The notes under the pieces are model-generated. The model was not told the origin of the DNA. It saw only the letters and a program-made list of their open reading frames with translations, and made no database searches. Source: Octopus vulgaris (Eukaryota). From it: a DNA stretch of 64,000 nt. Both the position numbers and the translations under genes were made by a program. The DNA is taken from NCBI GenBank assembly GCA_951406725.2, contig OX597822.1, positions 10,664,001 to 10,728,000 on the forward strand, given 5' to 3'. Shown one piece after another: positions 35,050-48,902 of the stretch (position 1 is the first letter of the stretch; each line of letters opens with the position of its first letter).

Positions 35050-35257
35050 TGTGACCTCGTGTGTACCGTTGGCGATTTTTTCCTCTGTCTTCCCTTCTCA
35101 GGATCTTTCCTTCTCCTATGTTTCCGACGAAGAGCTCCGCTCGAAAAGTTAAACCCTCCTTCTTTCCTTCTTTCCTGAGCGTCCAATAATACTATATTTG
35201 TTCAACGCCCTCGCGTTGTTGTGTTTTTTTTGTGCTTTCTTGTTTGGATTAACTTTA
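35050..35257 (+). mobile_element. PLE-like 3' tail with hammerhead-like motif (35120-35154)
   Basis: GTTT-CCGACGA-A-GAGC-TCC-GCTC-GAAA-AG-TT-AAAC, ending in (TA)n. A partial inverted homolog lies at ~63521-63590. Confidence 0.55.
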
Positions 35258-35538
35258 TATATATACATATAAATATGTATATATGTATATATATATATAT
35301 AGTTTTTGCGACTTGGTCGTATAGACAGGTAGCATCTTAATGACAGTTTTGAGCAGCTGCTAATCACGTGTGATGTCTTCCACAGAAATATGGCATAGTC
35401 TACATTTTCTTTTGTGTGATGGAGTTCCAAGGGCATCACTGCCTCTTTTATTTATTAGGTATTTAGTAGCAATCACTTGTTCTTGAAGATTGCAAGAAAA
35501 GACCAAACTGTAGGTTTGTAAGTATTTCTGTATATAAG

Positions 35539-35915
35539 TATGAAACGTATGTATGTATGTATGTATGTATGTATGTATGTATGTATGTATGTATATGTAT
35601 GTATGAAACGAATGTATGTATGTATGTATGTATGTATGTATGTATGTATGTATGTATGTATGAAACGTATGTATGTATGTATGAGACGTATGTATGTATG
35701 TATGAAGCGTATGTATGTATGTATGTATGAAACGAATGTATGTATGCATGTATGTATTTATGTATGTATGTATGTATGACACGTATGTATGTCTGTATGT
35801 ATGTATATATGTATGAAACGTATGTATGTATGTATGTATGTATGTATGAAACGAATGTATGTATGTATGTATGTATATGTATGTATGAAACGAATGTATG
35901 TATGTATGTATGAAT
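35539..35915 (+). repeat. (TATG)n satellite periodically interrupted by AAACG
   Basis: Directly visible. Confidence 0.9.
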
Positions 35916-36063
35916 GTTCAAATTGCAATAAGCTTTTCTGCACGATTTTGCCACTTGATGAAGTTTCGTCTCATTACAAATCATTTACCTCCTCCATTTT
36001 AACTATTCTCTCACGAAAACATAATATTTGATTCTCATATATCTCCCATATTTTTATTTACTC

Positions 36064-36996
36064 TCCACCTTCCCTTCATCGTTTGATCATTCTTGATACT
36101 TGTATACATACATTTACGCATATATACATATATATGCTCATACATACATACATACATACTGGTATGTATCGCACACGCATACACGCACACACACACATAC
36201 ACATACCTGACTGTATTGGTATATATACACATATCTAAATTAACAGATATATATATATGTGTATATATGTATAAATATTTTATATATTTATATAACACGT
36301 GATCACGAGACCGATCAGACTATAAGATGCTGTTACACATCGCTGGTCACAATGCACTTTGCATTAATTTGGCATTACAATGACGCCACCCTTCTAGCTA
36401 GGTGAGCAGGCCAACATTCCTCGCCCTGCGACTATGAGGTGGGGAGCAATGTGAAATAAAGCGTTTTCCTCCAAAACACATCACGTCCCTCGGTCAAGGA
36501 ATCGAACCCACGAATTACCGATCACTAATCCACCTTCCCTTCATCGTTTGATCATTCTTGATACTTGTATGCATACATTTACGAATATATACATATATAT
36601 GCTCATACATACATACATACATACTGGTATGTATCGCACACGCATACACGCACACACACACATACACATACCTGACTGTATTGGTATATATACACATATC
36701 TAAATTAACAGATATATATATATGTGTATATATGTATAAATATTTTATATATTTATATAACACGTGATCACGAGACCGATCAGACTATAAGATGCTGTTA
36801 CACATCGCTGGTCACAATGCACTTTGCATTAATTTGGCATTACAATGACGCCACCCTTCTAGCTAGGTGAGCAGGCCAACATTCCTCGCCCTGCGACCAT
36901 GAGGTGGGGAGCAATGTGAAATAAAGCGTTTTCCTCCAAAACACGTCACGTCCCTCGGTCAAGGAATCGAACCCACGAATTACCGATCACTAATCC
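36064..36996. repeat. Direct tandem duplication, 465-bp period, nearly identical (contains a SINE)
   Basis: 36064-36528 is repeated at 36529-36996, with TCCA microhomology at the junction. Confidence 0.9.
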
Positions 36997-37017
36997 ATAC
37001 GCCTTCACTATATCTAC

Positions 37018-37125
<108 letters not shown>

Positions 37126-37126
37126 C

Positions 37127-37171
<45 letters not shown>

Positions 37172-37199
37172 ATATCTATACATATATGCATACATATTT

Positions 37200-37930
37200 G
37201 GAAGGCAGCTCCTTGAGCAACAGTCTTTGTATGATAACCTAGAATATATGCACAAAGAAGTCGCACGACTCTACCGCAACGTATCATCAGATGAAAGGAT
37301 GAGCCTATATGTGAAGAATACTATGCATGGATATGTTAATAGAAAATTCTGTGATGATAGTAACATCGATCATCAAAGCAGTTTATCATGGACCAATCGG
37401 CGGATTACTACCTCCTGCTTTGAAGAGTATGCGTTTGCAATTCAGGAACAGGAAATATTAACAAAGTACTTGGTGCACAACAGGGATAGAGATGCATGAA
37501 AAGCAGTAAAATGTGACAACCGATATCAAATACAACATAAGCAGTTGTCCGAAAATGTCATCAGGGCAATATCTTCCGATGAGAGATGATATTGTAACTA
37601 GGACACTCTATAATGAAATCCGTCGGAAGGACAATCCCGAGGACAAAGAAATAAGAACCCACAATATGGTAGAAGCCATAGTCACTCATAATAAAGAAGA
37701 ATACTGGTGGAATGAACCAGTGAAGACCTCAATAAAATGTAAGCACAACAGACCTGATATAATCATTTGAGATTTAGAAGAGAAACTGTGCACAGTTGTG
37801 GAAATTAGCTGCCCAACAGATGTCAACATAAATCTGAAGATCACTGAGAACGGAACGCCTAGGCTGAACTATTGAGAAATCCTCAGTCACTCTATCCAGA
37901 TTACAAGTTCAGGTTTATACCTGTAATTAT
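37200..37930 (+). mobile_element. Degenerate non-LTR retrotransposon with restriction-like endonuclease (R4/Dong/NeSL-like) 3' part; related fragments ~38340-38660 and 45220-45330
   Basis: FAIQEQEILTK, ISSCPKMS...YLPMRDD and CKHNRPDIII*DLEEKLCTVVEISCP match RLE-type PD..D motifs, with stops and frameshifts. Confidence 0.7.
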
Positions 37931-39096
37931 TATATATATATATATATATATTGCCATTCGAAAAAAAAAAACACCAACAGACTGTCCTTATATTGAATAT
38001 TGAGAATCCCACTGTTATTGGATATATGCGATATCAAAGCAATGCATACTGGTGGGATATTCCATTCAAAATATCTGTCAAGTGTAAGTATAGCAAGTGG
38101 GATATTGCTGTCTGGAAATGAATTTGGAATCTCTGATAGAGGAAAAGGTAAATGAAACATCCACTGATGTACGACTGAATAAAATTCTGGTATATACTAT
38201 TGTATATTGAATTAAAATAGCCATCTATGCATCATACTTAACGATCACTCTATTGTATATATATATGTGTGTGTGTGTGTAAAATACAGACACATATATG
38301 CATACATACAATACACACTTATACATACATAGATCTTTCTCGTACAATATAAACATAAAAGCCTGGATATTGTAGTTTGGGACCGCAATAGAGGTCAACT
38401 GTACTATATTGGTTAATATCTACGATTTTCAAAGAGAAAGCAGAATAACTATGGACATACTTCGAAACCTCCAGCTTTTGTATCCAGTTAATAAATTCAC
38501 ATGTATATCACTAATAATTCGTGCTCTTGGTTTGGTGAGAATATGCTTAAGTGACAATCTCGATAAGTTAGGGTATTCAAAACTAACAAGCACAATACAA
38601 ATGCAACCTGTAAGTGGAACAGTAAAAATATACAAAACTTTTCTAAAGTTTAAAACTAAAATTTACTTTCGTTATCTACATTCGAAATATTTAGAAGAAA
38701 CTAATTTATAATACGGGTGCATGTTTGAGAGAGTGTCTATATCTTAATTTGTCAAGTAATTGATATATTCACCAGCTTAAATTTTCGTGTTTCATCCCAG
38801 CGTCATTTAAGCGAGAAGAAATTAATACAGCATTTCTCTGACTATCACAATAGCCTTATTGAGTTCTTTATAAATCTTTTAATCATGGAATATTTCTTTT
38901 ACATGAGAGTTAAATTTGTATTTATATATAGTGTATATGCGTGTGTGCCTATGTGTTTGCGTATGCGTGTGTGAGTGCGCGTGCGTATACACACATACAT
39001 ATACATACATACACACACATATGTATATATCACAAAAAGTTATTAATAAGGGCTTAGCAATATGAGCAATATATATATATATATATATATGATTAT

Positions 39097-40794
39097 ATGA
39101 CCAATTTCACAAGTAAAACTAGCCAATTCTACGGTATACCTAAGATCCACAAAAGTGAGAAAATAAGTAACGCATGCAAGATAGCTACAGACAAAATAAG
39201 TAAAGTCCCTAATCCTAATGACCTCAAATTGAGACCCATAATAGCAGGTCCCGCATGCGAAACCCACCGCCTCAGTAACTTTTTAGACACCCTGTTAAAA
39301 CCACTCCTCAAACATGTCAAAAGCTATATAAGGGACGACTTAGATATGCTCAATCACCTACCGAATACTATAAACAAAAACACCATACTGGTATCCTTCG
39401 ATGTAGTCAACCTCTACTCCAATATCCCCCACAACCTAGGACTAGAGGCAATCCAATTCTGGCTAGAGAATCACGCCAACGAACTACCACACCGCATCAA
39501 AAAAGAATTTGTGATAGAAGGGGTTAAATTCATCCTGGAAAATAACTTCTTCGCCTTCAATGACAACTTCTACCGACAAAAATCGGGGACTGCGATGGGT
39601 ACACGAATGGCCCCCTCCTTTGCCAACCTAGTCATAGGATACCTAGAGATCAGTCTGTATCGTAAGGTTCTAGAAAGATATGGCAGCCCTTTCTCCATCT
39701 ACATAGAAAACAACTGGAAGAGATATCTAGATGACTGTTTCATCCTTTGGCATAAAAATATAGAAAAACTCATAGAATTCCAGAAAATTTTAAACGGACT
39801 GGACGTAAATATCCAATTCACGATGGAATATAGCCAACAACAACTCCCCTTCCTCGATATCCTCATTAAGAAAGCTAATAATATAATAGAAACAGACATA
39901 TACTATAAGCCTACAGACTCTAAGCAATATCTTCCATTCAATTCATGCCACCCCAGACACACCAGGATGAATATCCCCTTCAATCTAGCAAAAAGGATAT
40001 GCACTATAGTCTCTAACGCAAACACCAGAGACACACGACTACAAGAACTAAAAGATACCCTTATCACCAGGAACTATCCACCTTCACTTATTGACAAGTG
40101 CATTCAACGTGCCCTTCAACTTAACATCAAGGAACTGAGACATCCCAAATCAAAGAAAAACTTACAACCAAAAGCCTTACCATACATCTCCACACACAAC
40201 CCTCTCAATAACGAAGCCTTCGACACCATCCTCCACAACATACCCCTCCTAAAAAAAGACCACAGAATGAACACAATCCTCCAAACACACACGATCATAA
40301 AAAGCAAAAGACAGCCTAGATCCATGAAAAGTCTCCTAACACAAGCCCGAATTCACTCTTCAACACAGAAGCCGACAGTAAAAAAATGTGGAAGACCCAA
40401 TTGCGGGATATGCGACTATCTAATTGAGGGATCAGAGTTCTCCTTCAAACAGGGACAACGGTTTACAGTGAAAAGCAACTTCACATGTGCTTCGGAGAAC
40501 CTAATATACTCACTAACCTGCTCCGGGTGTCAAGAGCAGTACATAGGCCAAACAAAAAATGGTTTGCGTAAACGAATGGCCCTGCACAGATCCCAGATAA
40601 AAATTCCCCAAAACAGAAAAATAGCTTTTAGCCAACACATAGATACTTGCGCCAACAAAAAAACACCAAACTTCAGAATTTTCCCCCTCTACCAATTTAG
40701 GGACGATACAACCTCGAGACAACGAATAAGTAAAGAAAATCTCTTTATTACAAAATACAAGCCACTTCTTAACGGGTCTACGACAAACAATTAA
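39097..40794 (+). pseudogene. 5'-truncated RT-GIY-YIG ORF (565 aa, open)
   Basis: Identical to the array ORF2 except DKIIKV to DKISKV. Lacks the N-terminus, including ADKG, and lacks ORF1. Confidence 0.9.
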
Positions 40795-41442
40795 TATACC
40801 TCAACTTTAGAATAAAAGAAATATATACACACACAAATATTACACTCCATAGAATCCATTACTAATCAGCCCCATCACAGCTATACTTACACCCATTCAT
40901 ATTCTCCCTTCTCTGTTTTTTTCTTCTTCTTCTTTCTTCTTCTTCATCATCATCATTATCATCATCATCGTCGTCATCATCATCACCACCATCATCACCA
41001 CCATCTCCTCCTTCTCCTTCTTCTTCTTCTTCTTCTTCTTCTTCTTCTTCTTCTTCTTCATCATCATCATCATCAACATCGTCATCTTCTTCTTCTTCTA
41101 CTTCTCCACCTTCCACCCCTTAACCTTGTCACTAATGTCTTTCAGTATAACGCCTACGCAAATTCCATAAACAATTCCTGAATTGAACTGCGACTACTGT
41201 CAGCCACTGACCATTCAAAATACGACCATTAAGGCATTCCCAGATTTCCCCACCCCTCTCCACATCAGCCTCCTTATTCTTCACCTATCCTACCAAGAAC
41301 TCAAAACGACCTCGAACACACAAGTGCAAACAAGGGAGTCAGAGAAAGGCAGAATGCTACTTATATCTGAACACTACTACAGAAATATTCTTTTAAAAAA
41401 ACTTTTCTTCTAATTTTTCTAAATTTAATTATTTAATCGTTA

Positions 41443-41480
41443 CAGTTGAAAAGGTCTCAAAATGACCGAAACCGGTACTG
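41443..41480 (+). ncRNA. Minimal hammerhead ribozyme, U3-A8 variant (solo copy)
   Basis: CAGTTGAAAAGGTCTCAAAATGACCGAAACCGGTACTG is unchanged although the surrounding UTR has diverged. Confidence 0.8.
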
Positions 41481-41529
41481 AAAGATTCACTATAAAACCA
41501 TCTTAGCATTTTCTATTTTTGACTTGTTT

Positions 41530-41620
<91 letters not shown>

Positions 41621-41645
41621 TCATATGCATATATACATATACTGA

Positions 41646-41681
<36 letters not shown>

Positions 41682-41834
41682 TATATATATATGTTTTCAG
41701 ATTCCACATTCTAGTTACCTCTATTTCCAGGTCTTTGTATTTTGAGAGTTTCTCCATTTCCTTTTAGAGACACGTTGTCATCAGCCGGTATTGATACATC
41801 AATTAGAAAGCATTTTTTTTCTTCATGGTCTCTG

Positions 41835-41880
<46 letters not shown>

Positions 41881-41887
<7 letters not shown>

Positions 41888-42013
41888 AATTATAATTTAG
41901 GGTATCTACGAGATACCGCCATGCTGAAAATAGCAACCAAAATCGGACTCTAAAACCACATTATTTTCAGCATGGCGGTATCTCGCAGGTACCCTAAGTT
42001 ATAATTTTAATAA
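41881..42013. repeat. Inverted repeat, ~52-bp arms with ~30-bp spacer, adjacent to (ATT)n
   Basis: TTATTAAAATTATAATTTAGGGTATCTACGAGATACCGCCATGCTGAAAATA pairs with TATTTTCAGCATGGCGGTATCTCGCAGGTACCCTAAGTTATAATTTTAATAA. Confidence 0.9.
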
Positions 42014-42347
42014 TAATTATTACCTTTGAAGGTTTTTATTTCCATGCTGGCCACTTGATAAGATCGTTATTTAATTTAGATTAACGATCTTATCCTTATA
42101 AATATATATCAACATATATGTTCTTTCGGCATCCCATATTGAAGACAGTAGGAGGAAATTGCTTCCCTAAGGCAGAAATTGATCTATGGGTAACACTTCT
42201 TGTTAAAAATCTGATTGATTCACTAGCCTGCTTTCAACCTTTGCTAAAGGAGTAAAGTGATATGTGGTTTATAGAGCTATTAGCGTCTATTTCCAGTATG
42301 ATGGTGCGCTTATCCTCACCGTTTTTGCTATAATTATGTCTACATAA

Positions 42348-42450
<103 letters not shown>

Positions 42451-42497
42451 CGTGTGTGTGTCTATATATATAGATATATGTGGCTGCCTATCCATCC

Positions 42498-42567
<70 letters not shown>

Positions 42568-42618
42568 ATATCTATCTATCTTTCTTTCTATCTATCTATC
42601 TATCTATCTATTTATCTA

Positions 42619-42671
<53 letters not shown>

Positions 42672-42678
42672 GCTCCAT

Positions 42679-43680
42679 TAAGGGAGCATATGGTCGAACG
42701 ATGCTTCAATCGGACCTATGCGCAGTAACCCAGTGGGCACAAAAAATGATATGCAGTCGAACGAAGAAAAATTTGAGCTCAACCACTTTGGAAAAGAGGG
42801 CACACTCAAACAACCATATATACTACCATCGGTAGACCTACTTGAACCGTCGGATAATATTAGAGACTTAGGTGTTACTGTCGACAGCAACCTTAGTTGG
42901 AGTGTGCACATCAACAAAAATGTCGGTGTTGCTCGTAGAATTTGCTCATGGATCCTCGGAACTTTCCAATCTAGGGATCATGAAACCATCATCCTTCTCT
43001 TCTCCACATTCACTAGGCTCCACCTCGAATACTGCTGCCCACTGTGGTCCCCCTACAAAAAAAAAAAAAAACAGGACATAATGAGGATCGAAGCGCCATA
43101 AAGATCAATCACACACACATACACAAAAAGGCATGACGGGACTTTATTATTGAGCTCGACTTAAACAGCTGAAGCCCTATTCACTGCAACGCTGCCGTGA
43201 GCTATATATTTGCACCATGTGGAGAATATTCCACCAATAATATCCAAATGATATTGGCATTATGTTTACAATTCACCCAAGACTAGACCCCCGTGCAATG
43301 CATCCCCTACAAAGGTCGAGATCATATCACATAAGAACAATGAGACACAATTTCTTCACTGCAAATAGTCCTGCACTTTTCAATGTTATCCCGAAAGAAA
43401 TTAAAGTAGAAAAATACCCCACAACTTTCAAACGGAACCAAGACAAATTCCTTCAGGAAATACCGGATGAACCACCTACACCTGGATACGTCTCAACCAA
43501 CAAGTCTCTGCTCGAGTGGTCCATGGTGTCCTGAAATAAAATAACTAAAAGATTTATATATATATAAACTCTACGGATACTCCTGATGTATGTCCAGTAG
43601 CAGGATTATTTCTACTGTACCATGACATCAGGTAGCCAATAACTATGGACGAACTTTGCGTAGTATTCAACAAAGTTATA
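42679..43680 (+). mobile_element. 5'-truncated CR1/L2-group LINE relic (RT C-terminus and 3' UTR)
   Basis: LQSDL...W...M..N.EKF, IRDLGVTVDSNLSWSVHI and TRLHLEYCCPLWSPY. Confidence 0.8.
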
Positions 43681-43797
43681 TGCACACACACACACACACA
43701 CACATGCACACACGCATACGTGTGTATACATACATACATACATACATACATACATGCATACATACATACATAGATACATACATACATAGATACATAC

Positions 43798-43874
<77 letters not shown>

Positions 43875-44903
43875 CGTACGCACAGACTCAAGCACACAGA
43901 AGCACACACGCATGCTTGAGTCTAATGTAGGAAGTTATAAAGTAGAGAGACGGAGTAATCTTAATCTTGCGCGCCACAACAGGATAATAACATCCGTCTT
44001 GCAAAGAACCGCCGTTTGTTTCATTAAATTTCGGATTAACTGCTTCTTTTATTTCTCCTCTAATTCGCTCTTATTGGTATTATAATTATTAGAATTTAAT
44101 GCGTAATTAGTATAATTACTGTCATAATTACAATTGTTGCTGTTGGTTGTTATTGTTATGTTCATTGTTACTGTTGAGTTATTCGGGGACAGGGGCAGGA
44201 GTGTGTGTGTGTGTGTGAAACGGAGATGCAGGCATTTTTATTTAATTACGTTGATTTCATTTAAATTTCTTCAGAGAAAAAGCAGGAAATTAGGTCAGTG
44301 AAATTTCGTTCCATACAACTGGAACCACACCCAAAATCTTCACCCCTCCGTCCTTCCACCACTACCTGTAACATGCTGTGTACACACACAACAAACACAC
44401 ATGCATATATATATATATACACACACACACATATATATACATATATATAGATATATATACGCATATATATACGCATATAAATATATATATATGTATATAC
44501 ATACATGCTGGTTTATTGTGTGAAACTGCTTACATGACTTATTCTTGCCTGTAATTGTATACACATACATGCACATACATACATACATACATACATACAT
44601 ACATACATACATACATACATACATACATACATACCTATATACAAACATATATACATAAATAAGCAGACATACGTATATCCGTACACGTACACTTGCGCAC
44701 TCTCATGTACAACTCTATTTATGCACACACAAAAAAAAAATATAAACATATAAACAGACGCAGGCGTGGCTGCGTAGTAAGTTTGCTTCGAACAATATGG
44801 GTCCGAGTTCAGTCCCACTCTGTGGCATCTTAGGCAAATGTCTTCTACTATAGCTTCGGGTCGACCAAAATCTTATGACTGGAAGCTGATAGATGCCCGT
44901 CGT

Positions 44904-45218
44904 ACATACATACATACATACATACATACATACATACATACATACATACATACATACATACATACATGCATGCATACATACATGCATACATACATGCATA
45001 CATACATGCATACATACATGCATACATACATGCATACATACATACATGCATACATACATACATACATGCATGCATACATACATACATACATACATGCATG
45101 CATACATACATACATACATACATACATACATACATGCATACATACATACATGCATACATACATGCATACATACATACATGCATACATACATACATACATA
45201 CATACATACATACATACA
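44904..45218 (+). repeat. (TACA)n/(TGCA) microsatellite
   Basis: Directly visible; one example of dozens of (TA)n, (CA)n, (TATC)n and (TAG)n tracts. Confidence 0.95.
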
Positions 45219-45561
45219 TTCATACTCATAACAATAGTAACTGGAGCACAAGATTTTTATAGTAAATGCTTAAAGCAGAATCTGGATAAACTGAGATTTT
45301 CAGAAAGAGAAATCGACCGGCTAATTCGTACATATATATATATATATATATATATATTCATTTATTCTTTTATTCTTTTATTTGTTTATTTGGTATTATA
45401 TATATATATATATCATTTATTCTTTTATTCTTTTATTTGTTTAAGTCGTTTGATTGCGGCCAAGCTGGAGCATCGCCTTTAGTCGAACAAATCGCTTCAA
45501 GGACTTATTCTTTGTAATATATTCACACACATATACATACATATATATATATATATATGCT

Positions 45562-45684
<123 letters not shown>

Positions 45685-45925
45685 CATAGATATATACACA
45701 CGCACACAAATACGGATATGTACGCGCACTCACATAGATATATGAATATATGTACATACATAAGATATATGCATAGGTACATACATTCATGCATTGTAGA
45801 CACGCGGACAGGCACACATACAGGCACACAGAGAGGGAGAAATACACGCACACACGGGTAGGTGAAGAGGAGAGGGGAGAGAGCTCACTGAATTATTATT
45901 ATTATTATTATCATTATTATTATTA

Positions 45926-46260
45926 TCAAACAGTGCTGAATCTAGAGAATGCATATTTAGTGCGGTGGAGACATCTCGGTATATTCTTAGCATAGTTGTT
46001 TATCAAGTTTTCGTAACTTAACAAGATGCACAAAACTTCCTCAAGGCACAAGTCACATACGCCGTATGCGGTATAATATGGGTGGGCATTTTTTATTATA
46101 GACCATTCTATTTCGTATTTTATTTCTGCTTCTTTTAATCCCCATATTAGGTCCGGTAGTGATGTTGCATGTAGCCGGGCTAACTTTCGGAATAAAGAAG
46201 TAAGGTTGTGACAAGGGACTTTAAATTGGTTTTCGGAGGCTCCTAGATATATGTATTTGT
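45926..46260 (-). mobile_element. GIY-YIG relic of a third PLE clade (Naiad-like)
   Basis: YLGASENQFK...HN...LF...TSL...IWGLK...YEIEWSII..A.PY...CDLCLEE...LIN...RCLH..K matches the endonuclease pattern with a C-terminal CxxC...C.H. Flanked by (TA)n and (TTA)n. Confidence 0.65.
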
Positions 46261-46640
46261 GTTTGTGGTGATTGTGCATTTATTATTTGATGTTTTTTTT
46301 TACGGATGCCCAAGCGCAAACCTGGAAGTACGTATAATACTACAACTGAATGGCATAGGGTAAAGCTGAAGGTATACGAATTTTATACTTTCTTAACAGG
46401 ATATACCATAACTATATATATATATATATATACTTTATAATTAGGGTTCAGCAAAGATTTGCTTTACCACATACCGAAGTTTAGAAATAGCAGCCAAAAA
46501 ACCTTAGCTATTTCCTCTACTTTAAAAAGGGACTCCGGGAAAAAAAAGTACTTGACAACAATCCACGCAGGCAGAGAGGAAAAATAACGAAAATCAATCG
46601 ATATTTAATTACCTATGTACGCGTTTCGGAATTAGATCGG

Positions 46641-46816
<176 letters not shown>

Positions 46817-46879
46817 TATCAAATACAAATGCACAATCACCACAAACACAAATATATATATATATATATATATATAGAG

Positions 46880-47650
46880 CTAATGAGAATCGCGAGTGAG
46901 TGGGCTAACTGATACGAGCGGACAAACGATTTACAGTTTGTGAGTTTGTTGTTCAACTGGACTGTGGAAACAATGCATTACAGAAGATAGTAGAAGACTT
47001 TTGGTTTTGAAAAATGAAGGAAGATGTGTATCTCGGCAGTTGACATCCGAATTGAAGGAACGACGTTAAAAAGTCTCTTCTGATTTACTGGAAGCATATG
47101 AATCTGATAAAGGCATGATTTCTTTTTGTTAGTGCTTTTTTCCTGATGACAGGGGATAAAGTGTGGATGTATCTTTATGAACTGGAAATGAAGACTCAAT
47201 TGAAGGAACATGCTTTCTTCGTACTTAAGAAGTTCAAGAGCCATTGTTCGACACAGCCATGGTTGTCAGTCGTCTCGTTTTCTAGATCATAGGTGTAGTG
47301 TGCATAGAAAGTTATAAACACACTCAAGCAGCTTAGGGAATCTATTTAGAGGAGGAAACCGAACAAGGATCTATAAACAATTCATATCCTCCATGACAGT
47401 GCGTGACCACACATGACAACAAAATAGGTTATCCGAAAAAAGGTTAGTCAGTGATTCCCCCATTAACCTTACAACCTGAAGCTAGAACCTTCTGATTTTT
47501 ACCTGCAAGGTCAATTGAAAGAAAATCTTTGGGTATTTGATGACTCAAACGAGGTAATCGTCGCTGGAAAGGAATGCGTACAATATAACACCACTGAATT
47601 CTTTCAAAGAGTATTCGATGGCAGAAATGCATCGCTTGAGGTGAAGAACT
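46880..47650 (+). mobile_element. Highly degenerate mariner relic
   Basis: Remnants LMTGDKVWMY and ILHDSA*PH resemble TGDEKW and HDNARPH. Boundaries approximate. Confidence 0.5.
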
Positions 47651-47954
47651 ATGATGTGGAGCACTTTTGTATAGAATATGATTTACTCTTGCAACATGTG
47701 CATTTTAAACGATCTCTGTCAGTTCATAAGAAGGTATATGCACATTTGCATCGCTTTCAGGACAACCTTCGTACAGCTACACCCAGCACAGAAACTTCTA
47801 CGTGTGTTTAAAGAACAGCGCTAGAGTTATATATACATGCACGTCTATATACATATATGTGTTTGTGTATATGTCTGTTAGTGCATGCGTTTGTGCGTGT
47901 AGACAAACCGATCTTGTACGCGTGCATCAACAGTAAAAAGGTCTACGATTCCTT

Positions 47955-47992
<38 letters not shown>

Positions 47993-48564
47993 CACCATCA
48001 CTCGCTGCTACGTTCCTCTCTTTCTCTCTTTCTTTTTTCACTCCTGGGAATGTCAGCTGTCGAATCTAAAGATTTTCTTTCACTTGTTATGAACTGTGGG
48101 TCACACTCTGTCCACAGAGTCACTCTGCTGGGACGACGTATTAATATGATCGGATCGATAATGTCGTGATTTCTGTGTTCAAACACGTACGTCTCGTTTG
48201 CAGGTGTACGCTCTTGAAAAATCGATCCAGCAAAACCAATGCGGTCGTGGACTACTTGCCAGTAATCACACTACTCTGACCAGCTTTTATTATTTATTTA
48301 TTTATTTACTTACTTAGACATATATGTATATATTTTCAACCGTGTTTACTTTTCGAAAGTAACTTTATTGGGAGAGAGAATCGACAGAAAGGCTTCCATT
48401 TTAAGACACACCTAGAAGTGGTGAAAGACCGAGGGAGAGTTTACAGCTGCATCATACGCATAAGAATACATCTGTACATGTACAGACATAGCCCCATGTA
48501 TGTGTGTATGTCTGCATACATACATACATGTATATATGATATATATATATACATAAATAAACAA

Positions 48565-48597
<33 letters not shown>

Positions 48598-48631
48598 TAT
48601 ATATATATATATACATGTTCACATACATATA

Positions 48632-48687
<56 letters not shown>

Positions 48688-48861
48688 TACTTGGACATAT
48701 ACAGGCATAAATAGATACAGGTGTGAATACACATATAGATATGGATACATTCCTGTATATGTAAACTTCTCTTTTTCGCCCTCTCCCTTTCTCTCTCTCT
48801 CTTTCTCTCTTTCCAAAAATAAATATATACATATGTATGTGTATATATATATATACACATG

Positions 48862-48902
<41 letters not shown>

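Larger units (their letters stand above)
39087..41533 (+). mobile_element. 5'-truncated solo copy of the two-ORF PLE, inserted in (TA)n
   Basis: Same 3' end (...CTTGTTTTTTC|ATATAT) as the array units. The 5' junction has ATAT microhomology to the flanking (TA)n. Confidence 0.95.
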
